DNA of 14,109 nucleotides from contig JAGGVJ010000037.1 of NCBI GenBank assembly GCA_021158055.1, positions 1 through 14,109 on the forward strand. The letters are read 5' to 3'. Both the position numbers and the translations under genes were made by a program. Within the stretch, counting starts at the first letter, position 1. The number at the start of each line of letters is the position of its first letter. Shown piece by piece: positions 8,571 through 14,109 of this stretch. The notes beneath the pieces were generated by a model, which saw only the letters and a list, made by a program, of their open reading frames with translations, searched no databases and was not told where the DNA came from. This DNA is from Candidatus Iainarchaeum sp. (GTDB taxonomy: Archaea; Iainarchaeota; Iainarchaeia; JAGGVJ01).

Positions 8571-9203
8571 TTACTTTATTACTGTCTTACTGTGCTTTTT
8601 GCACACAACAAGCATTTCCTGCTTCAGCGTGATGAGTTTCATAAGCAGGTTGTAGTGCTGGGCATTCCCGTAATAGTACTGGAAACGGGTTATTTCAAAA
8701 CCCGACCTTGAAAGAATATGCTTCAAGGTGTGCCTGTCATGCCAAAGGGTATGGGTTGGGTTGCCGAACTCAAAATGCAGCGCCTGCCACAACAAATGAA
8801 GAGTCTTGTGGCGGTTGTGCCAGCTGTTCTTGTCCTTGAATTCCCTTGGGGGCTTCAGCAAAACCGTAATCCACTTTGCGTTGGGAGTGGTGAGAACAAA
8901 CTGCCCGTCGTCTTTCAAGTGTTTTTTGATATTGTCAAGGAACAATCCCTGGTTGCTCACGTGCTCCAATACATCTCCGGCAACGATCACGTCAAACTGT
9001 TTTTTGAAATCATAAGTTTCCATGTCTGCCTGAACCACGTCCTTGTCGTGCGAGGGCTCCAAATCAATCCCAATTGCCTTCTTTGCCTGCTTTTTTATTG
9101 CCTCCCACAACATATGCTTTTCCGCATCGCAATCGCCCACGCTTCCGATATCCAACACGTCTTTTCCTTTAACAAAATCAAGAATTATTTCTTCCCTAAT
9201 CAA
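8571..9203 (-). CDS. Class I SAM-dependent methyltransferase (Methyltransf_23/11-like)
   Basis: Motifs VLDIGSVG, IGIDLE, QADME, FDVIVAGDVLEHV and LKDDGQFVLTTPN. The start is probably TTG 9203 (GGAG upstream); the track starts at 9230. Confidence 0.9.
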   Translation of the reverse strand: MIREEIILDFVKGKDVLDIGSVGDCDAEKHMLWEAIKKQAKKAIGIDLEPSHDKDVVQADMETYDFKKQFDVIVAGDVLEHVSNQGLFLDNIKKHLKDDGQFVLTTPNAKWITVLLKPPREFKDKNSWHNRHKTLHLLWQALHFEFGNPTHTLWHDRHTLKHILSRSGFEITRFQYYYGNAQHYNLLMKLITLKQEMLVVCKKHSKTVIK

Positions 9204-9275
9204 AACATCCAACTCCGAATAAAATAACAATTACAATAATTTAGAACTAATAAATTTAGGTATTTAATGGCGTTG

Positions 9276-9331
9276 TTGTTTGCGGGGGAAAAATCCATTA
9301 GGGAAAAACTTTATTTCCTTTTGGGGTTTGT
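9276..9331 (+). repeat. Conserved intergenic site, copy A
   Basis: ttgtttgcgggggaaaaatccattagggaaaaactttatttccttttggggtttgt. 9301-9331 matches 11573-11603 at 28/31, and the 23-bp core is the exact inverse of 6161-6183. Confidence 0.9.
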
Positions 9332-9343
9332 TTTGATTGTGGT

Positions 9344-9410
9344 TTAATTCACTAGCCATTTCCACAAAGGAACATATCTGATTTTTCTTTTTATGCCAAA
9401 GCGTTTTTTT
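9344..9410 (-). pseudogene. Relic 3' end of a third AAA_14/DUF4143 ATPase gene
   Basis: Ends KIRYVPLWKWLVN*, matching the family C-terminus IYYIPLWKWLLG* of 9580-10818. The sequence upstream is AT-rich and promoter-like rather than coding. Confidence 0.65.
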
Positions 9411-9579
9411 CTATTGCACAATAGTTTATAAATTTGTGCATTATGATTATATAAAAACACAAAATCAGAAAAAATTTCATTTCTTTTGTCTGTTTTGTTC
9501 CATGAGGGTGTGACAAAAAGTTCATTTATACTACACGGTGGTGGAAACATTTATAAATAAATATTGTTTATGATTATGT

Positions 9580-10818
9580 GTGAAAGAAACAATTCAAAGA
9601 TGGAATATCTGGTGGGAAAACCCGCAACAGCTGAAAAAATTTATCGGCACGCAGCGAACGGCTTTGCCTTTACTGGTAAAGGAACTTAAAATCAGGCATA
9701 TTAAAGACATTATCGGGGTCAGGAGATCAGGCAAAACTGTTTTGATGTATCAGATAATGTCCAATCTTATGAATGCGGGTGTCAAACCTGAAAATATTCT
9801 TTATCTGAATTTTGATGATCCTGAATTACTGGACATTGAGGAGTCGGTAAAAAATTCTTTGCATTTAAATCCGGGTATTTCCCATGTTTTTTTTGATGAG
9901 ATTCAAAATGTTGCGGGTTGGGAAAAAATATTAAGGGTTTATTATGACAGAAAAAAATTTGAGCAGATATTTGTGTCCGGTTCTTCCGCTTCTTTGATTT
10001 CAAGAGATATCGGAAAAACCCTTACCGGAAGGCACATAACAAAAATCATCATGCCTTTTTCTTTTGAGGAATATTTAAGGCATTGCGGTGTTGAAAATCC
10101 GGGGCAGGTTTCAAACAGGGAAAAGGTAATTAATTTTCTTGAAATTTACCTTAAACACGGCGGTTTTCCCGAAACAGTCAAATCAGACAGCTTGACTTCA
10201 AAGGCAATGCTGGTCAATTTGTATAATGACATTCTTTCAAGAGACATTGTCTCAAGGTTTGATGCTGATTTTGACATAGTTAAAAAGATCGGGTATTATT
10301 TAATGACAAATATCGGTTCGCCTTTTTCTTATAACAGTGTGGCAAATGCGTTGAATTTACATTTTGACACTGTTAAAAAATATATCCCGTATTTTGAAGA
10401 GGTATTCCTTTTGGTCATCATTCATCATTTTTCATGGAAGATCAAGGTCCAGTTGAAAAAAGACATAAAGTGTTACCCCATAGATGTCGGTTTAAGAAAT
10501 GCGGTTTCATTTAAGTTTTCTGATGACCTTGGCAAACTCGCAGAAGCAACTGTTTTACTGGAGCTAAAAAGAAAAGGCTTGAACCCGTTTTTTTGGAAAG
10601 GTAAAAATGAAGTTGATTTTGTGTGCATGGAAGGCGACGAGCTGACCGCAATAAATGTAACTTATGCAGACAACATAAATAAAAGAGAAAAAAAAGGTTT
10701 ATTGGAATTCAGGGAAAAATACCCCCGCGCAAAATTAATGTTGATTACCGGGGAACTGGAAACTGTGACTGAAGAAGGCATATATTATATCCCTTTGTGG
10801 AAATGGCTGTTGGGCTAA
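9580..10818 (+). CDS. AAA_14 / DUF4143 family ATP-binding protein
   Basis: GVRRSGKT, FFDEIQ, SGSSA, LTGR, GGFPE, EVDFV and C-terminal IPLWKWL. TATA box TTTATAAA at 9550-9557. Confidence 0.92.
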   Translation: MKETIQRWNIWWENPQQLKKFIGTQRTALPLLVKELKIRHIKDIIGVRRSGKTVLMYQIMSNLMNAGVKPENILYLNFDDPELLDIEESVKNSLHLNPGISHVFFDEIQNVAGWEKILRVYYDRKKFEQIFVSGSSASLISRDIGKTLTGRHITKIIMPFSFEEYLRHCGVENPGQVSNREKVINFLEIYLKHGGFPETVKSDSLTSKAMLVNLYNDILSRDIVSRFDADFDIVKKIGYYLMTNIGSPFSYNSVANALNLHFDTVKKYIPYFEEVFLLVIIHHFSWKIKVQLKKDIKCYPIDVGLRNAVSFKFSDDLGKLAEATVLLELKRKGLNPFFWKGKNEVDFVCMEGDELTAINVTYADNINKREKKGLLEFREKYPRAKLMLITGELETVTEEGIYYIPLWKWLLG

Positions 10819-10938
10819 TTCAACTGCCTGTGCTGGCCTTTTCTTTTCCGGTGGTTTTTTGCGCCTTGTTTTGTATCTGACAATTTCCATTCCCATTTGT
10901 GATGTGCTGTTTGGCATTGCTTTCACATCTGTAAAAAC

Positions 10939-10972
10939 AAAAACTTTATTTAGTTGGTAAGATACATCTTAC
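10939..10972 (+). promoter_or_regulatory. TA promoter (BRE/TATA) and operator inverted repeat
   Basis: aaaaactttattta (10939-10952) is followed by gtaagat-ac-atcttac (10957-10972, perfect 7-bp arms), then GGTGA just before ATG 10986. Confidence 0.7.
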
Positions 10973-10985
10973 TTGGGTGATTTAC

Positions 10986-11252
10986 ATGGATGTCGGCATA
11001 ACTAAGATGAGCACTAAAGGCCAGATAGTTATCCCTATTGATTTAAGAGGGGAATTTGATATTGGCGAGAAACTTGTTGTCATTAAGACTGATAAAAAAT
11101 TAATCATTAAAAAGGCAAGTGAACTTGATAATAATCTCGCTGAAGATCTGGAGTTTGCAAAAAGAACTGAAGAGGCATTGCAAAGAATAGAGCATGGCAA
11201 AGGCACTGAAATGAAATTTGATGATTTTATCAGTGAGATGAAAAAATGGTAG
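10986..11252 (+). CDS. AbrB/MazE/SpoVT-family antitoxin
   Basis: TKMSTKGQIVIPIDLR...IGEKLVV...LIIKK is the swapped-hairpin motif, followed by an acidic C-terminal half. It overlaps the toxin gene. GGTGA SD favours ATG 10986 over GTG 10977. Confidence 0.88.
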   Translation: MDVGITKMSTKGQIVIPIDLRGEFDIGEKLVVIKTDKKLIIKKASELDNNLAEDLEFAKRTEEALQRIEHGKGTEMKFDDFISEMKKW

Positions 11253-11488
11253 ATGTGATTTTTGATTTAAAATTTAAGAAAAATTTTAAAAAAATCAAAG
11301 ATGTTTCCGCCAAAAGTAAAATAATAAAACAGGTTTCTAAACTAAAAAACCACCCGGAACTGGGAAAACCCATGAGGTACGGGCGTAAAGGCACCAGAGA
11401 ACTTTACATTTCACCTTTCAGATTGTCTTATTTGATTAAAGGCAATAAGATATACTTATTGGATCTTTACCATAAAGACCTTCAATAG
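11246..11488 (+). CDS. RelE/ParE-superfamily toxin
   Basis: 80-aa basic protein with F.K.FKKI...L..HPELGKPMRY...GTRELYISPFRLSY...IYLLDLYHKD, translationally coupled to the antitoxin. Confidence 0.85.
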   Translation: MVDVIFDLKFKKNFKKIKDVSAKSKIIKQVSKLKNHPELGKPMRYGRKGTRELYISPFRLSYLIKGNKIYLLDLYHKDLQ

Positions 11489-11544
11489 TTCTTGTTCCTG
11501 CGTTTTTTTAACAGTGTTGTTTATTCAGTAAATTGACAGATAAG

Positions 11545-11603
11545 TTGTTTTCAGAGGGAAAAAGCAACTTAAAGGAAAAACATTATTCCCTTTTGGGGTT
11601 TGT
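11545..11603 (+). repeat. Conserved intergenic site, copy B
   Basis: ttgttttcagagggaaaaagcaacttaaaggaaaaacattattcccttttggggtttgt. Same layout as copy A and 28/31 identical over the right part. Confidence 0.88.
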
Positions 11604-11611
11604 GACTAAAA

Positions 11612-11713
11612 TCACGTTGGTTGGTCAATGGGCTTTATTTCAGGCATTATTTCCGCGTAAGGCCCTTCGGTTACCGGTTTGTTCTCAATGCATACCAACG
11701 GGTGGTTTTTTAT
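11612..11713 (-). pseudogene. 3' fragment of the small gene interrupted by the IscB element
   Basis: IKNHPLVCIENKPVTEGPYAEIMPEIKPIDQPT* joins in frame to the 13180-13320 fragment when the element is removed. Confidence 0.65.
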
Positions 11714-13179
11714 CCTCATCGTAAGACCCCTTCCGAAAGGGGTGGGATAAATTGCAATCCTTTTCCATAGCTTACCATCTCCACATTGTTGACATTTGCA
11801 TTGACTGTGGTCTTTGTTGGGTTTAGCAAACGAACCCATTGACCATGGTTGAAAATTCCTTTGACTCTGCATAATACATTGTTATGATTTACCAAATCAT
11901 TTGGCTGCAATTTGTATCTTTGCCTCCTGATACTTGGCTTAAAACCTTTTCTGTTAAGCTGAATGCTTCTGTTGTTTCGTCTTGTCTGTGTTATGTTCAG
12001 TTCTTTGGCTCTTTCCTGAATCCTGCCCTTTGCTATGACAAAAGCGTCATTGCAGTGGCTTTTCTCAAGCAATAATTTGATTCTGTTGCATTTTGTGATG
12101 TAGCCAAAAGTTGTTTCACAGTCAATAGTTTCAGCCAGTTTTTTTCTCACAATATTCATAAACGCTGTTGCATTAAGTGATTCTTTTGCCTTTACCTGAA
12201 TGTTTGGGAAGCCAAACTCTTTTGCTGTTTGATTGCCTTTTTTTTGGTTGCAGTTGTGGCAGGCAATGGTTAGGTTTGAGACTCTGTTTGAGCCGCCTCT
12301 TGACTTTGGCACAATGTGCTCTACTTCAAGCGGAACATTTGTTTTGCCGCAGTAAGCGCATTTTCTTTTGTATTTCTCAAGCAAATACTCTCTGACTGCA
12401 TAACCTTGCAGCTCCCCTTGCTGATACTCAACCCCTTTAATTTCAGGGTTCTGCATTTTTTGGGTGTCAAAAGAGGCAATTTCAATTATGGTTTTTGTTA
12501 TCGGCAAAATCCTTTTCAGTTTTTCAATAAACCGGATGTGAGTGTCAAGCTTGTGCTGAATGCTTGGCGCAAACCAGCCTTTGCTTTTGGCTCTGTTGTC
12601 AAACCTTGGTTCCCTATGCCACAGTTTTGCTCTTCTGGTTCTTCTGTAATTGCCTTTTTGCTCTATCAGTTTTTTGATGTTGTTTCTTAGTGTCACTTCT
12701 CCCACAATCAACTCTGCTTTTTTTGTTATTGCACTGAAACCTATTTTTGAGTAACCGGAGTCAATGCCTAAAGTTATGTTTTGTTTGTTTTCTCCTGTTG
12801 CGTATTTCAATTGTATTGCAAACGGGTTTCTTTGTATTACCTCCGCTTTGTTTTGCTTTAGTAGCCTGTATGCTTTTCCCGGTGTTGTGGGCATTAGTGG
12901 TTTGCCACGCATGTTTAAGACAAATACTCTCAAGTTTTGCCTGCTCCTGCCGGAGCATTGGTTCTCATCGGAGTTGTTATCAGCCAGTACTTTACAGGGC
13001 ACACTGAGAGTTTCCTCTCTGTTTAATACCTCGTTTACAGAGCAGGGAACTTGAGAAGCATTCCCTGGTGCGTTCTTAAACTCTACTGATAACTTCTGCA
13101 TATTTCTTTGCCTCCTAATCAACTAATTGCTCTCAAACCTCACAGTTCAAGCCCCATCCGTTAGGGTGGGGTAATTGAC
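11714..13179 (-). mobile_element. Non-autonomous IS200/IS605-superfamily IscB (OMEGA) element, ~1466 bp, no tnpA
   Basis: The minus-strand 5' end GTCAATTACCCCACCCTAACGGATGGGGCTTG is a typical iscB-element end. Similar subterminal hairpins lie at 13152-13171 and 11726-11743. No TIRs or target duplication were seen. The 11714 boundary is inferred. Confidence 0.88.
11716..13101 (-). CDS. iscB: RNA-guided endonuclease IscB
   Basis: PLMP (GKPLMPT), RuvC-I LGIDSG, bridge helix RRTRR, RuvC-II IIEIASFD, HNH CAYC...EVEHIVPKSRGGSNRVSNLTIACHNCN and RuvC-III KSHCNDA, with catalytic residues present. The start is either ATG 13101 (AGGAGG upstream) or TTG 12933 just before PLMP. Confidence 0.95.
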   Translation of the reverse strand: MQKLSVEFKNAPGNASQVPCSVNEVLNREETLSVPCKVLADNNSDENQCSGRSRQNLRVFVLNMRGKPLMPTTPGKAYRLLKQNKAEVIQRNPFAIQLKYATGENKQNITLGIDSGYSKIGFSAITKKAELIVGEVTLRNNIKKLIEQKGNYRRTRRAKLWHREPRFDNRAKSKGWFAPSIQHKLDTHIRFIEKLKRILPITKTIIEIASFDTQKMQNPEIKGVEYQQGELQGYAVREYLLEKYKRKCAYCGKTNVPLEVEHIVPKSRGGSNRVSNLTIACHNCNQKKGNQTAKEFGFPNIQVKAKESLNATAFMNIVRKKLAETIDCETTFGYITKCNRIKLLLEKSHCNDAFVIAKGRIQERAKELNITQTRRNNRSIQLNRKGFKPSIRRQRYKLQPNDLVNHNNVLCRVKGIFNHGQWVRLLNPTKTTVNANVNNVEMVSYGKGLQFIPPLSEGVLR

Positions 13180-13200
13180 TTCACAGCCGGCTGATTTTTT
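12940..13200 (-). ncRNA. omegaRNA (5' guide from flank ~13200-13180 plus scaffold from 13179)
   Basis: Lies between the element end and the PLMP-coding region and begins with the conserved terminal hairpin. Inferred from established IscB locus architecture; the boundaries are approximate. Confidence 0.75.
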
Positions 13201-13320
13201 TAATCTTACGATGTATTTTTCGTACGGGTTTTTGCGTTTTACCCAAAGCGGCTGTTCTTTGCATTCGGCAAGAAAAACATTTCCGATCAAGCATTTTGAG
13301 CCGGTCAAAACATCACTCAA
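13180..13320 (-). pseudogene. 5' fragment (47 codons) of the small gene interrupted by the IscB element
   Basis: TTG 13320 overlaps the upstream gene's stop, and MSDVLTGSKCLIGNVFLAECKEQPLWVKRKNPYEKYIVRLKKSAGCE ends on a codon boundary exactly at the element end. Confidence 0.6.
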
Positions 13321-13603
13321 CAACATTTATTTTGTTTTCTTTTTTTAACTGGTTTAAAATCAGTTTTGTTTCAACAGTGTCCAAGTCAAATTCTTCTGAA
13401 ATTTCAGATAAGTATGCTTTCTTTTTTTTCTGAATGAACAGCATGACTTTTTCTTTGTTTTCGTTTACTTCAAACAATTCCTTATCCGTGTTGGTAAGCA
13501 AAACTCCGTTTATCGAATCAATCGGGAACCTCGCACCCAGCTTAACAAGTTTTAATTGCGGAACAAGCCATTCGTGATTCAAATCATTGGTTTTTGCTTT
13601 CAA
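13313..13603 (-). CDS. Hypothetical protein with C-terminal winged-helix-like domain
   Basis: VMLFIQKKKKAYLSEISEEFDLDTVETKLILNQLKKENKI resembles a wHTH. Overlaps the upstream gene by 20 nt. Confidence 0.7.
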   Translation of the reverse strand: MKAKTNDLNHEWLVPQLKLVKLGARFPIDSINGVLLTNTDKELFEVNENKEKVMLFIQKKKKAYLSEISEEFDLDTVETKLILNQLKKENKINVVE

Positions 13604-13943
13604 TCAATCCACCCAGTTCTTTTTCGATTTTTTTAGCGAATTTGTCGATGTCTGTTGCCAGTGTTTCTTTTTCTTCATTTGTCAAATCAAACAATTTGTT
13701 CATCCTGCTTCCCAGAAGAGATGCTTCGACAAGAACGGAAAACAAGACTGTTTTTACATTGTCCGGCACTTCGCTTGACAACGAAACCAGTACTTTCGGG
13801 TCGTCTTTAAGCTCTTTTATGACTTCGTATTCTTTTGGAAATTTTTTTTCTATGTTTGCCAGTAATTCAACTGATTTAGAAGAACCAATCAAAAACTCCT
13901 TGTAAAACTTTATCATCTCTATTCCAAATTCTTCTTTCGTCAT
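13584..13943 (-). CDS. Hypothetical alpha-helical protein (119 aa)
   Basis: GGTGA SD 4 nt before the ATG, a TATA-like TTTTAATA near 13978-13985, and plausible coding composition. No family recognised. Confidence 0.8.
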   Translation of the reverse strand: MTKEEFGIEMIKFYKEFLIGSSKSVELLANIEKKFPKEYEVIKELKDDPKVLVSLSSEVPDNVKTVLFSVLVEASLLGSRMNKLFDLTNEEKETLATDIDKFAKKIEKELGGLIESKNQ

Positions 13944-14078
13944 AATTTCACCAACACAACATTAATAGGAAACACAGTATTAAAAACACTTTTCAAAGAG
14001 TACCTTGCCGGTAATATTCTATTATGCATGCAACGGATTTGTGTGCCGGCACTGCGTGTTTGATAAGTTAAAAAGGGA

Positions 14079-14109
14079 TTGTTTGCGGAAAAAACCTGAT
14101 TAGGGAAAA
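14079..14109 (+). repeat. Conserved intergenic site, copy C (cut by window end)
   Basis: ttgtttgcggaaaaaacctgattagggaaaa aligns with the left half of copy A (ttgtttgcgggggaaaaatccattagggaaaa). Confidence 0.75.

Noticed and set aside
8718-9227. 169-aa + strand ORF, and other antisense ORFs over the ATPases, TA, iscB and 13587-13905
   Set aside because: They overlap well-supported genes on the opposite strand.
10939-10951. aaaaactttattt as a fifth copy of the repeated site
   Set aside because: It matches 13 bp of the core but lacks both GG/CC arms, and it sits where the TA promoter's BRE/TATA is expected. It does leave open that the repeated site has promoter activity.
11716-11719. ATGA as the TAM/junction, placing the iscB stop codon outside the element
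   Set aside because: It also rejoins in frame, but lies very close to the hairpin and does not fit the AAGA guide tetranucleotide. ATAA at 11713 is preferred, though ATGA is not fully excluded.
11612-11872. 86-aa minus ORF as a complete gene
   Set aside because: Its 5' part lies inside iscB in another frame; only 11612-11713 is likely real, as the tail of the interrupted gene.
13184-13193. Palindrome cagccggctg in the predicted guide
   Set aside because: It is short and lies in coding sequence, so it is probably incidental, although it might weaken guide function.
6161-14109. Repeated site as a CRISPR array or as IS terminal inverted repeats
   Set aside because: Spacing is kilobases with genes between, there are no cas genes or transposase, and there are at least four copies in mixed orientation.

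Overview
Archaeal-looking DNA (TATA boxes, GGTGA Shine-Dalgarno sites, gene content typical of DPANN-like lineages; taxonomy is inference). Positions 1-5958 are one giant minus-strand ORF that the ORF track omits because it runs off the left edge. It encodes a signal-peptide surface protein of more than 1986 aa with three DUF2341 modules, two nested LamG domains, Ig-like spacers and a different payload domain in each module. Positions ~6160-14109 are an AT-richer accessory region: a frameshifted Dit1/PvcA (isonitrile synthase)-like gene, two AAA_14/DUF4143 ATPases plus the relic tail of a third, a SAM methyltransferase, an AbrB-RelE toxin-antitoxin pair, and a three-gene operon whose last gene is split in frame by an intact-looking non-autonomous IscB/omegaRNA (IS200/IS605) element. 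The most novel signal is a conserved quasi-palindromic intergenic site (GGAAA-7 bp-TTTCC core) present four times (6161 inverted; ~9300, ~11573 and ~14101 direct). It divides the accessory region into gene modules, suggesting an unnamed recombinase-cassette or inversion system.
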